This document shows, piece after piece, positions 8,938 to 18,423 of a stretch of DNA of 49,926 bases. Every line of letters begins with the position of its first letter. Positions within the stretch are counted from its first letter, which is position 1. This stretch comes from Candidatus Zixiibacteriota bacterium (GTDB lineage: Bacteria; Zixibacteria; MSB-5A5; WJJR01). Under the pieces are notes generated by a model. The model saw only the letters and a program-made list of their open reading frames with translations, did not search any database and was not told the origin of the DNA. Location of the stretch: assembly GCA_036170655.1 (NCBI GenBank), contig JAVHPP010000049.1, positions 1 to 49,926 on the forward strand. The letters run 5' to 3'. The position numbers and the translations under genes were made by a program.

Positions 8938-10167
8938 ATGACACTTTTGGCAACCCCCAAGACCGAGATCGACAAGACCACGACCGATTTGTTCGCCAAG
9001 TGCCGCACCTTCACGGCCGCGCGTGACATCATGGCGATGGGGGTGTACCCCTATTTCCGCGTCATCTCCTCAGCGCCCGGAACGGTTGTGACCGTGGAGG
9101 GCAAGGAACTGATCATGATCGGTTCCAACAATTACCTCGGCCTGACCAACCATCCCAAGGTGATCGAGGCGGCAGTGGCGGCGGCCAAGCGTTACGGCTC
9201 CGGCTGCACCGGCTCGCGTTTTTTGAACGGCACCCTGGATCTCCACGTCGAGCTGGAGTCGCGTTTGGCTGCCTTTATGAAGCGTCCGGCAGCGCTCGTT
9301 TTCTCCACGGGGTTTCAGACCAACCTGGGAACCATCTCCTGTCTGGTGGGCCGGATGGACACGATTTACGCCGACCGCTCCAATCATGCGTCGATCGTAG
9401 ACGGTTGCCGGCTGTCGTTCGGGCGGACGATCAAGTTCCAGCACAACGACATGAATGATCTGGCGCGCGTGATGGAAGCCAACGGCAACGGGGGAGGACA
9501 ACTCATCGTGTCCGACGGTGTCTTCTCGATGGAGGGTGACATCGTCAACCTTCCCGACTTGGTCCGGCAGGCCAAAGCCAGCGGCGCCCGTGTAATGTTG
9601 GACGACGCGCACTCGATTGGTGTGCTGGGTGCGCACGGATGTGGCACGGCCGAGCATTTCAACCTGATCGATGATGTTGACATTACGATGGGGACGTTCT
9701 CCAAGTCCTTTGCCTCGCTCGGCGGGTTTATCGTCGCGGAAGAAGATGTGATCCATTTTGTCAAGCACTCCTCGCGTGAGTTGATCTTTTCCGCATCGAT
9801 GCCGCCGGCGTCGGTGGCCGCTTGCCTCGCGGCGCTGGACATCATCGAGGGCGAACCGGAGCGTCGCGCGCGTCTCTGGGAGATCACGCATCGCATGCAT
9901 CGGGAGTTTCGCAGTCTGGGTTTCGAAATCGGGGGCACACAAACGCCCATCATCCCGGTCATGGTTGGGGACGACATCGTCGCGTTCCGTTTCTGGCGCG
10001 AGCTCACCGATCGCGGCATCTTTGCCAACCCTATTGTCTCCCCCGCCGTCCCCAAAGGTCAGGCGCTCATTCGCACGTCTTACACGGCGACACACACGGA
10101 CGAGCAGCTCGACCGCGTGCTGCAGACATTCGCCGACGTCGGCCGGCGACTCGGCGTGATCGGCTAA
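8938..10167 (+). CDS. spt: Alpha-oxoamine synthase, probable serine palmitoyltransferase
   Basis: YPYFR, GSNNYLGL, GSRFLNGTLDLH, DDAH and GTFSKS (PLP Lys) motifs match the bacterial SPT subfamily better than BioF or Kbl. Start position uncertain (8938 or 8947). Confidence 0.7.
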   Translation: MTLLATPKTEIDKTTTDLFAKCRTFTAARDIMAMGVYPYFRVISSAPGTVVTVEGKELIMIGSNNYLGLTNHPKVIEAAVAAAKRYGSGCTGSRFLNGTLDLHVELESRLAAFMKRPAALVFSTGFQTNLGTISCLVGRMDTIYADRSNHASIVDGCRLSFGRTIKFQHNDMNDLARVMEANGNGGGQLIVSDGVFSMEGDIVNLPDLVRQAKASGARVMLDDAHSIGVLGAHGCGTAEHFNLIDDVDITMGTFSKSFASLGGFIVAEEDVIHFVKHSSRELIFSASMPPASVAACLAALDIIEGEPERRARLWEITHRMHREFRSLGFEIGGTQTPIIPVMVGDDIVAFRFWRELTDRGIFANPIVSPAVPKGQALIRTSYTATHTDEQLDRVLQTFADVGRRLGVIG

Positions 10168-10171
10168 AGCA

Positions 10172-10277
10172 TTTTGGAGTGCGGCGACATGTCGCCGCAG
10201 ATCAGAGCCGAAGGCTCTGATCTCTTCTGGCAATGGGGATGTCTCGCCTATTCGAACGCGGTGACCTGTCGCCGCAC
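10172..10277. repeat. Inverted REP-like doublet with internal hairpin
   Basis: TTTTGGAGTGCGGCGACATGTCGCCGC (10172-10198); inverted partner GCGGTGACCTGTCGCCGCAC (10258-10277); hairpin AGATCAGAGCC-GAA-GGCTCTGATCT at 10199-10223. Confidence 0.65.
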
Positions 10278-10401
10278 AAAAGATGTTTCGCATTCCCACT
10301 CTGAAAAGTATGACATTTAGTTCTTGGTTGTGCATGCCGAAACGGAGATTATACGATGACTTTTTCGGAAACCGGCGCGATAAACGAACACAGGAGAACG
10401 G

Positions 10402-12435
10402 ATGTTTCAGATGACCGACAACCGGCTTGACCAACTTTGTATCAACACGATTCGCGTCCTCTCCATGGATGCGGTCCAAAAGGCCAATTCCGGCCATCCG
10501 GGCACACCGATGGGCATGGCGGCAATTGGATATGTCCTGTGGACGCGGTACCTGAAGCACAACCCGCAAAATCCCGCCTGGCCCGATCGTGACCGGTTTG
10601 TTCTGTCGATGGGCCACGCGTCGATGCTGCTGTACAGCCTGCTGCACCTGACAGGGTACGATCTGAACCTGGATGACATCAAAGCGTTCCGGCAATGGGG
10701 CAGCCGCACCCCCGGGCATCCCGAAGTCCGTCTGACCCCGGGTGTGGAGACGACGACCGGTCCTCTGGGGCAGGGATTCGCCAACAGCGTCGGCATGGCG
10801 ATTGCCGAGCAGCATCTCGCCGCGCTCTTCAACCGCCCCGGCCACACCATCGTTGACCACCACGTCTACGCGTTCTGCAGCGATGGGGACCTGATGGAAG
10901 GACTATCCTCCGAGGCCGCCTCGCTCGCCGGGCATCTCAAGCTGGGCAAGCTCATCATCTTCTACGATGCCAACAAGATCACCATCGATGGCAGCACCGA
11001 CCTGACATTCACGGAAGATGTTGGCAAGCGCTTCGAAGCCTTTGGCTGGCATGTCCAGCACATCGATGGCATGGATATCGCGCAGATCGAAAGCGCCATC
11101 GAAGCGGCACAAGCCGAATCGGAGCGGCCATCGTTGATTGTGGCGCCCACTCACATCGGATACCCGAGCCCGAACAAGCAGGACAAATCATCGGCGCATG
11201 GCGCCCCGCTCGGCGAGGAAGAAGTACGCCTGACCAAACAAGCCATGGGCTGGCCGCCCGATCAGCAATTTCATATTCCCGAAGAAGCGCTCGCCCAGTT
11301 CCGCCGCTGTGTCGGTCATGGCCGCGGCTGGGAGGACGACTGGCGCACTCGATTCGAGGCGTACCGCCGCGCCTTCCCCGATGATGCGGCGCAGTTTGAA
11401 TCAATGATGGCCGGCTGTCTGCCGGGCGGATGGGACAGGGATATTCCGGTCTTCAAGCCCGTGGACGGCCCGATGGCAACGCGCAAGGCGGGACGTCTGG
11501 TCATGAACGTGTTCGGCGCGCGTATCCCCCAATTTATTGGCGGGTCAGCCGATCTCGTGGAGTCGAACCTCACCGTGATCGACGGCGGTGGCAGTTTCAG
11601 CGCCGCCAACCGGGCGGGACGAAACATCCACTTCGGTATCCGTGAGCATGCGATGGGCAGCCTCGGCAACGGTATCGCCGCGCACGGCGGGCTGATTCCT
11701 TTTGGCGCAACCTTTCTCATATTCTCCGATTACCAGCGGCCGGCGATCCGTCTGGCCGCGCTCTCTGGCTTCCACAACATCTTCGTGTTCACCCATGACA
11801 GCATTGGCTTGGGCGAAGATGGTCCCACGCATCAGCCGATTGAGCATCTGGCCTCGATGCGCGCCATCCCCCACCTGGTTGTCATCCGTCCCGCCGATGC
11901 CAACGAAACCGTGTGGGCGTGGAAAGTGGCGCTGGAGCAGGATGGCCCCGTGGCGATTGTCCTTTCACGCCAGACCCTGCCCGTGCTCGACCAATCTGTC
12001 TTTGCCCCTGCGAGCGGGCTGGCCCGTGGCGCATATATCCTGTCGGAGGCCAAAGGCGGCAGTCCCGACGCGATCCTGATCGCCACCGGTTCCGAAGTGT
12101 CACTGGCGCTGGATGCACAGACAGTACTCGACGCCGCTGGTGTCTCCGTCCGTGTCGTCAGCATGCCCTCGTGGGAATTGTTTGCGGCCCAGCCTCAGAA
12201 CTACCGCGATACTGTCCTTCTGCCCCGTGTCACAGCGCGTGTGGCGATTGAAGCGGCCTCACCGATGGGGTGGGAACGCTGGGTCGGGTCAAAGGGAGCG
12301 ATCATCGGCATCGACCGCTTTGGCGCCTCGGCGCCGGGCGGTGCTGTCATGGCGCGTTTCGGTTTCACCGTCGAGGAGATTGTCCGGCGTACGCGGGCCC
12401 TCGTCGACGCGGCCCTCGCCAGACAATTCGCGTAA
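10402..12435 (+). CDS. tkt: Transketolase
   Basis: [42 protein letters not shown] motifs. Confidence 0.97.
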   Translation: MFQMTDNRLDQLCINTIRVLSMDAVQKANSGHPGTPMGMAAIGYVLWTRYLKHNPQNPAWPDRDRFVLSMGHASMLLYSLLHLTGYDLNLDDIKAFRQWGSRTPGHPEVRLTPGVETTTGPLGQGFANSVGMAIAEQHLAALFNRPGHTIVDHHVYAFCSDGDLMEGLSSEAASLAGHLKLGKLIIFYDANKITIDGSTDLTFTEDVGKRFEAFGWHVQHIDGMDIAQIESAIEAAQAESERPSLIVAPTHIGYPSPNKQDKSSAHGAPLGEEEVRLTKQAMGWPPDQQFHIPEEALAQFRRCVGHGRGWEDDWRTRFEAYRRAFPDDAAQFESMMAGCLPGGWDRDIPVFKPVDGPMATRKAGRLVMNVFGARIPQFIGGSADLVESNLTVIDGGGSFSAANRAGRNIHFGIREHAMGSLGNGIAAHGGLIPFGATFLIFSDYQRPAIRLAALSGFHNIFVFTHDSIGLGEDGPTHQPIEHLASMRAIPHLVVIRPADANETVWAWKVALEQDGPVAIVLSRQTLPVLDQSVFAPASGLARGAYILSEAKGGSPDAILIATGSEVSLALDAQTVLDAAGVSVRVVSMPSWELFAAQPQNYRDTVLLPRVTARVAIEAASPMGWERWVGSKGAIIGIDRFGASAPGGAVMARFGFTVEEIVRRTRALVDAALARQFA

Positions 12436-12507
12436 CGTCTGGATCTGCACGAACGAAAACGCGGCGCTGGGGCTGTCTTTCATCTGGCTCGTTCAGCGCA
12501 CATGGCC

Positions 12508-12581
12508 TGCAATCGTCATTCCCGCGAACGGGCGTGTTGAAAAAACCTTGCAATCGTCATTCCCGCGCACGCGGGAATCCA
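12508..12581. repeat. dRS3-like palindrome (ATTCCC-N8-GGGAAT) with 19-bp direct duplication
   Basis: GTCATTCCCGCGCACGCGGGAATCCA at 12556-12581; TGCAATCGTCATTCCCGCG occurs at both 12508-12526 and 12549-12567. Confidence 0.75.
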
Positions 12582-12618
12582 TTTTCTCTTTCGCCCATCC
12601 CCTCTGTGGGGCACCCGG

Positions 12619-13149
12619 CTATCCCCGCCCGGTCGAAAACTGACTCCCGCAGATCTTCGCCGATCCCGTGCTGGCGAAAATCTCCGGCGGGACGGAAGGT
12701 CCCTTGCGCTGGCAGTGGGCGTTGAAGGCCGTGGTCAGATCGTGCGCGATTTCATTGGGGGTCCGGCTCTCGATCATGTGACGATGCATCATGTACACGA
12801 GCTTCCCGTCTTGGAACAGCGCCACCGATGGCGAGGATGGCGGCTGATCGGGGATGTACTGCCGTGCCCTCTCCGTGGCGTCCCTGTCCTGACCGGCAAA
12901 GACCGTGTAGAGCGAGTCCGGAATAATGGCGTTCTGGAGCGCCAGACCGATAGCCGGACGCGCGTTCCCCGCAGCACAACCGCAGACCGAGTTGAAGACA
13001 AGTAATGTTGTGCCGCTCGCGCCGCCGAGCGCTGTCTCGACGGCATCGGGAGTCCGCAGTTCTTTGATTCCCAAGACTGTCAGTTCGTCGCGCATCATCT
13101 GCAGTGCTTGTGTCAGATCGGAGAAGCTGTTGATTGTCAGTTCATCCAT
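12619..13149 (-). CDS. BrxA/BrxB (YphP/YqiW)-family bacilliredoxin
   Basis: NSVCGCAAGNARP (CGC active site), TVFAGQD, PPSSPSVALF motifs. Confidence 0.88.
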   Translation of the reverse strand: MDELTINSFSDLTQALQMMRDELTVLGIKELRTPDAVETALGGASGTTLLVFNSVCGCAAGNARPAIGLALQNAIIPDSLYTVFAGQDRDATERARQYIPDQPPSSPSVALFQDGKLVYMMHRHMIESRTPNEIAHDLTTAFNAHCQRKGPSVPPEIFASTGSAKICGSQFSTGRG

Positions 13150-13222
13150 CGGTCAAGTCCTTTCGGCTGAAATGCAATACCTGTCCCGCCTATCTCTCCT
13201 GCGAGGCGCTGGAAAGAGGCGG

Positions 13223-13534
13223 CTACCAAAGGCCCAGTTTGTCTTTGATTTCATCGGAGGCCATCGTGCGCGGATCCCAAGGCGGGTCCCAGACAACCTG
13301 CACGTTGGCACGCTCCACGCCGGGAAGATCGCCGACCACGCGCTGGACGTCGCTGACCAGCATCGGACCGTATGGGCAGGCCGGGCTGGTGAGCGTCATC
13401 CGCACTTGCACGGAATGGTCCTGCTCGACGACATCGACGCCGTAAACCAGTCCGAGATCAACAATCCCCAGATGGATTTCCGGGTCCTCGACTGTCTTGA
13501 GCGCTTCCATGACGATGTCATGGTTCACCAGCAT
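13223..13534 (-). CDS. sufT: Metal-sulfur cluster assembly factor (DUF59/SufT)
   Basis: DPEIxxxIVDLGLVY, TLTSPACP, VWDPPW motifs; located in the suf operon. Confidence 0.88.
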   Translation of the reverse strand: MLVNHDIVMEALKTVEDPEIHLGIVDLGLVYGVDVVEQDHSVQVRMTLTSPACPYGPMLVSDVQRVVGDLPGVERANVQVVWDPPWDPRTMASDEIKDKLGLW

Positions 13535-13535
13535 G

Positions 13536-14033
13536 TCACGTGGTTCCCTTCTCTTCTGTTGTTGTCGATCCCGCTTTCCGGCCGTTCGTTTCGGCTTCCT
13601 TCAACGCGTCGATCAACGTCATCCATGGGAGCAGTGCGCACTTGACCCGGACCGGGAAATTTCTCACCCCTTCGAGAGCGTCGAGATCGCCAATGTCGCA
13701 TCCCTCGGGAGGCGGACTGCCATGCATCATGCGCTTGAATGTCTCGGCCAGTTGCAACGCCTCTTCGCGGCTTTTGCCCGGCAGCAGTTCCGCCAGCATC
13801 GAGGCGGAGGCCACGGAGATGACACATCCTTTGCACTGGGTGGCAACGTCTTCCACGCCATGTTCAGACAGCTTGACGGACAGTGTGATCTTGTCGCCGC
13901 AGACCGGGTTGTATCCGTCACGTTCGACATCGGTCCGGTCGAGCGTCTTGTGTCCGCGGGGGGAGCGGAAATGATCCAGCACCGTGTCACGATAGAGCGC
14001 ATCCAGTTCAACATCGTGTCTATCGCCGTCCAA
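13536..14033 (-). CDS. sufU: SUF system NifU-family Fe-S assembly protein
   Basis: LYRDTVLDH, NPVCGD, GCVISVASAS, RVKCALLPW. Start uncertain (in-frame TTG at 14033). Confidence 0.88.
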   Translation of the reverse strand: MDGDRHDVELDALYRDTVLDHFRSPRGHKTLDRTDVERDGYNPVCGDKITLSVKLSEHGVEDVATQCKGCVISVASASMLAELLPGKSREEALQLAETFKRMMHGSPPPEGCDIGDLDALEGVRNFPVRVKCALLPWMTLIDALKEAETNGRKAGSTTTEEKGTT

Positions 14034-15300
14034 AAAACCTCCCTGCCTCCCGGAGACCATCGACGAGCGCATCAATGTCGGCGTGGTTGTTGTAGAGGTA
14101 GAAGCTGGCGCGCGCCGTGGCGTTCTGTCCCAGCCGCTCCATCAGCGGTTGCGCGCAGTGATGCCCGGCGCGAATGGCGACGCCCCGCCGGTCAAGATAG
14201 GTGCCCAGATCGTGCGGGTGGATGGAGCGGTGGTTGAATGAAATCACGCCGGCACGCCCTTCGGGATCCTCCGGCCCATATAGTTCCAGATCGTCTATCT
14301 CCCGCATCCGTTCCAAGGCGTATGTCGTGAGTTCGACCTCGTGCCGCCGGATTCTGTCCATGCCGGCCGCTTCCAGATAGTCGATGGCGGCCCCAAAGCC
14401 AACAACATCGGCTATATTCGGTGTTCCGGCCTCAAATTTCCAGGGCAGGTCATTCCATGTGGCGTCGGTCAGCGAGACCGTGCGGATCATATCGCCGCCG
14501 CCGAGAACGGGCGGCATCCGCTCCAGTAACTCGCGCCGTCCCCAAAGGACCCCGACCCCGGTCGGTCCCAGCATCTTGTGCGCGGAGAAGGCCACGAAGT
14601 CCGCCCCCAGCGCTTGGACATCAACTTTCAGATGCGGCACACCCTGGGCGCTGTCAACGGCAACGAGCGCTCCGTGCCGATGCGCGCGGGCGACGATCTC
14701 CTCGACCGGATTAATCGTTCCCAGGACGTTCGACACATGGGTGACCGAAACAATCCGCGTCCGCTCGGTAAACCGCTCGCCCCAACGTTCCATATCGAGC
14801 GTGCCGTCGTCGCGGATGGGGAGATGCCGGACCACGGCGCCGGTCCGTTGGGCCAGAAGGAACCAAGGGACCAGATTGCTGTGATGCTCCATTTCGGTGA
14901 GCAGGATTTCGTCGCCGGTCTTCAGGTTCTCCATGCCCCATGACTGGGCCAGTAGGTTGATCGACTCGGTGGTGTTGCGCGTAAAGATGATCTCTGCCGT
15001 ATCCGCCGCGTTGATGAACCGCGCGACCTTGGCGCGCGCTCCTTCGTACTTGTCTGTCGCTTGAACGGACAGGGCGTACACGCCACGGTGCACGTTGGCG
15101 TTGATCAGACGGTAGTAGTCGGAGATTGTCTCGATAACCGACACGGGTTTCTGGGACGTTGCAGCGCTGTCCAGATAGACGAGTGGGCTACCGTGGACGG
15201 AACGTTTCAGGATCGGGAAATCTTCGCGGATACGCGCGAAGACCTGCTGAATGCCGGTCGGGGCAGCCAACCGCGTGGGTACCGTCGTCACCGGGGTCAT
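14020..15300 (-). CDS. sufS: Cysteine desulfurase (group II)
   Basis: YLDSAATSQKP, NVHRG, FSAHKMLGPTG, RAGHHCAQP. Confidence 0.95.
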   Translation of the reverse strand: MTPVTTVPTRLAAPTGIQQVFARIREDFPILKRSVHGSPLVYLDSAATSQKPVSVIETISDYYRLINANVHRGVYALSVQATDKYEGARAKVARFINAADTAEIIFTRNTTESINLLAQSWGMENLKTGDEILLTEMEHHSNLVPWFLLAQRTGAVVRHLPIRDDGTLDMERWGERFTERTRIVSVTHVSNVLGTINPVEEIVARAHRHGALVAVDSAQGVPHLKVDVQALGADFVAFSAHKMLGPTGVGVLWGRRELLERMPPVLGGGDMIRTVSLTDATWNDLPWKFEAGTPNIADVVGFGAAIDYLEAAGMDRIRRHEVELTTYALERMREIDDLELYGPEDPEGRAGVISFNHRSIHPHDLGTYLDRRGVAIRAGHHCAQPLMERLGQNATARASFYLYNNHADIDALVDGLREAGRFFGRR

Positions 15301-15623
15301 GCGGATTCATCCCCCATGTCCACCAGAACATCGCCGTCTTCGACTTGCGTGACGTAGGTGCCGACCGGGAACACGGCGGGCATTTTCAGCACCTGCCCAG
15401 TACAGACATCAAACCGCGCGCCATGCCGTGGGCACTCAATGGCACAGCCATCGAGACCCCCCGAGCCAAGCGGCCCGCCGTCATGAGTGCAGGTATCGTC
15501 GATGGCGTAGATGCGGCCATCCACATTGCATAATGCAATACGCGTTCCATTCACCGTGTAGACACGAACCTGCCCGGCGGGAATCTCACTGACTTTGGCT
15601 GCCTTGACGAAGTTCCCCGTCAT
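15297..15623 (-). CDS. Rieske-type [2Fe-2S] ferredoxin
   Basis: CTH...CPRH Rieske ligands; located in the suf operon. Confidence 0.9.
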   Translation of the reverse strand: MTGNFVKAAKVSEIPAGQVRVYTVNGTRIALCNVDGRIYAIDDTCTHDGGPLGSGGLDGCAIECPRHGARFDVCTGQVLKMPAVFPVGTYVTQVEDGDVLVDMGDESA

Positions 15624-15624
15624 C

Positions 15625-16986
15625 TCACATATCCCCCAGATGGCTCAGGACCAGCCCGTGGACCCGGTCGCGCACTGCATCGGGGATGCGATCCAGAATC
15701 GGGCCAACGAATCCTGTCACAATCAAGCGGACAGCCTCCGATGGTTCGATCCCGCGCGACCCGAGATAGAAGACCTCTTGCGGATCGACTTTCCCAACCG
15801 TGGCGCCGTGAGTACAGCGCACCTCGTTGTTGAGAATCTCCAATTCCGGGATCGACTCGGCCTTCGCACCCGGCGACAAGATGAGATTCCGGTTTTCTTG
15901 ATAGGCCTCACAGTAGGGAGCCTTGTCCTCAATGCGAATCAGTCCCGTATAGGCCGAACTGGCACGGCCACGCAAAGCGACCTTGAAGTGCAGGTCGCTG
16001 CGGGTGGTCCCCGACTGATGATCTTGAACCGTGTGGTGGTCGTATTGCTGCCGGCCGGCGCCAATGGCCAGGCCAAACATGTTGCTCTCGGCGCCCCGCC
16101 CCGCCATCACGGCACCGCAGTCGGTCTTGCTGGTCTGACCGCCGAGCGTCGTCATGACTGTCTCGAACTGCGCGTCTCTGTCCAGCCGTGCCCGGACCGT
16201 TGTGAATGCGATAGTCTTATGGTTCCAGTGCTGGATCGGGACATACTTGACTCGCGCGCCCACGCCCGCCACGATCTCCGTGATCGTGTACACGCGCGCG
16301 CCTGCTCCGTCGGCGCCGTCCCCGCTTTCGTCAATCAATGTTAGTTCTGCATCTTCCTCTACGATCACCAGCAGGCGCTGTGCGATCGCTGCCACGCCAT
16401 TAGCGTGATCGGCGAACTCACCATGGAGAGTGGCAAGGATATGAACAGGTTTGGCAAGTACGACCCCTTTGGGCACGTAGATCAAGATCCCGCCCGACCA
16501 TGCCGCGTTGGTGAATGCTTCGAATTTCCCTGACTGCGGTCCCACGAGTGTCCCGAGATGGGCCTGAACCAGATCGGGCAGCTTGACCACCGCTTCGTGC
16601 AAATCCATGATCACAACACCAGCGTCTGCCAGTTTGCTGTCCAGTGCTGTTTTCATCACGACGCTGTTACACAGATAGGCACCCCCCGCCAGCAATTCGC
16701 GATCGAGTTCTTCTTTCAGCGCCGCCGGAACTTCGCGTGGCACGCCGGGCGCCGCCACAGGCAACAGATCCCCGTCGTTGACAAGAAACATACCGGGATC
16801 GGAGTAACGCCAGAGGTGGCTGACCCGCGATGGCAACGGAGTCGACCGGTACACATCCAACGCCTGCTGTCGTTGCTCCAGCAGCCACGGGGGGCCGTTG
16901 TGAGAACCCAATATGTGCCCCCACAGCTTTTCGAGCCCGGCGTCGTTCGCCCGGGATGGCGTCAGCAAAGTCTGGTCAGCGCTCAA
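15625..16986 (-). CDS. sufD: Fe-S cluster assembly protein SufD
   Basis: WRYSD, beta-helix repeats, PELEI...CTHGATVG, FYLxSRGI. Confidence 0.92.
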   Translation of the reverse strand: MSADQTLLTPSRANDAGLEKLWGHILGSHNGPPWLLEQRQQALDVYRSTPLPSRVSHLWRYSDPGMFLVNDGDLLPVAAPGVPREVPAALKEELDRELLAGGAYLCNSVVMKTALDSKLADAGVVIMDLHEAVVKLPDLVQAHLGTLVGPQSGKFEAFTNAAWSGGILIYVPKGVVLAKPVHILATLHGEFADHANGVAAIAQRLLVIVEEDAELTLIDESGDGADGAGARVYTITEIVAGVGARVKYVPIQHWNHKTIAFTTVRARLDRDAQFETVMTTLGGQTSKTDCGAVMAGRGAESNMFGLAIGAGRQQYDHHTVQDHQSGTTRSDLHFKVALRGRASSAYTGLIRIEDKAPYCEAYQENRNLILSPGAKAESIPELEILNNEVRCTHGATVGKVDPQEVFYLGSRGIEPSEAVRLIVTGFVGPILDRIPDAVRDRVHGLVLSHLGDM

Positions 16987-18422
16987 CCGACGGAACCCTC
17001 CATTTCCAATTCGATCAGGCGATTCATTTCCACGGCGTATTCCATCGGGAGTTCCTTGACGAATGGCTCGAAGAAACCATTGACGATCAACATCCGGGCC
17101 TGGTCTTCGGTGAGTCCGCGGCTCTGCAGATAGAAGATCTGCTCCTCGGCGATCTTGCTGACGCGTGCCTCGTGCTCGATACGGACATCCTCGCCGGCGA
17201 TTTCCATCGTCGGATAGGTATCAGAGCGGGAATTCTCGTCCAGAAGCAACGCATCACATTCGACCGAAACCTTGCAGTTCGTCGCGTTCGGGTAGACCTT
17301 GACGAGCCCGCGGTACGACGCGCGCCCGCCGCCCCGGGAAATCGATTTCGAAGTGATGCGCGACGTCGTGTTCGGCGCGGCATGGATGACCTTGGCGCCG
17401 GCATCCTGATGCTGGCCGTCGCCGGCGAATGCGACCGAGAGAATCTCGGCCTTGGCGCGCTCGCCCACCAGATAGACGCACGGGAACTTCGTCGTCAGTT
17501 TCGACCCCAGATTGGCATCGACCCACTCGACCGTGGCATCTGCGTACGCAACCGCGCGCTTGGTCACCAGATTGTAGACGTTGTTTGACCAGTTCTGAAT
17601 CGTAGTGTAACGGATATACGCGCCCTCCATGGCGATCAGTTCCACCACCGCCGAGTGCAGCGAATCGCTGGAGTATGTCGGCGCCGTGCATCCTTCAATG
17701 TAATGGACGCGCGAACCCTTGTCGGCGATAATGAGCGTCCGCTCGAACTGTCCCATGTTCCTGGCATTGATGCGGAAATACGCCTGGAGCGGGATCTTCA
17801 CGTTGACGCCCGGCGGCACATAGATGAACGAGCCGCCTGACCAGGCCGCGGTGTTCAACGCCGCGAATTTGTTGTCCGCATACGGGATGACCGTGCCAAA
17901 GTATTTCCTCACGATGTCCTCGTGCTCGCGCAACCCGCTGTCCATGTCGAGGAACATGATGCCCTGCTTTGTCAGATCATCGTGCAGCGAGTGGTAAACC
18001 ACTTCCGATTCGTATTGCGCCGAGACACCACCCAGGAATTTCTGTTCCGCTTCCGGTATGCCGAGGCGGTCGAAGGTCCGTTTGATTTTGTCGGGGACAT
18101 CATCCCACGACTTTTCGGTACCTTTCGTCGATTTCACGAAGTAGCAAATGTTGTCGAAGTCGATGGCGTTCAGAAGCTCGGTGTCGCCCCACTGCGGCAT
18201 TGGCTTGGCGAAGAAAGCGTCGAGCGCTTCGTGCCGGATCTGGCGCATCCACTCCGGCTCCTTCTTCAATTGAGAAATCATCTCCACGACGTCGTGGCGG
18301 ATTCCCTTCGGTGCTTTGAGCAGGTATTCTTCGGGGTCGGAGAACCCGTAGCGGGCTTGATAGTCTTCCCGTACATGCAGTTCGGACCTTGGAGAGGGTG
18401 TGTGCGTGATCGATGTTTCCAT
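16983..18422 (-). CDS. sufB: Fe-S cluster assembly protein SufB
   Basis: AQYESEVVY, GQFERTLII, YIEGCTAP, YTTIQNWS, ELPMEYAVE. No intein evident. Confidence 0.96.
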   Translation of the reverse strand: METSITHTPSPRSELHVREDYQARYGFSDPEEYLLKAPKGIRHDVVEMISQLKKEPEWMRQIRHEALDAFFAKPMPQWGDTELLNAIDFDNICYFVKSTKGTEKSWDDVPDKIKRTFDRLGIPEAEQKFLGGVSAQYESEVVYHSLHDDLTKQGIMFLDMDSGLREHEDIVRKYFGTVIPYADNKFAALNTAAWSGGSFIYVPPGVNVKIPLQAYFRINARNMGQFERTLIIADKGSRVHYIEGCTAPTYSSDSLHSAVVELIAMEGAYIRYTTIQNWSNNVYNLVTKRAVAYADATVEWVDANLGSKLTTKFPCVYLVGERAKAEILSVAFAGDGQHQDAGAKVIHAAPNTTSRITSKSISRGGGRASYRGLVKVYPNATNCKVSVECDALLLDENSRSDTYPTMEIAGEDVRIEHEARVSKIAEEQIFYLQSRGLTEDQARMLIVNGFFEPFVKELPMEYAVEMNRLIELEMEGSVG

Positions 18423-18423
18423 G

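Noticed and set aside
9070-10863. 597-aa minus-strand ORF and many other long antisense ORFs (e.g. 25357-26520, 23433-24371, 48430-49359)
   Set aside because: They lie antisense to well-supported genes and carry no motifs; these are typical shadow ORFs of GC-rich DNA.
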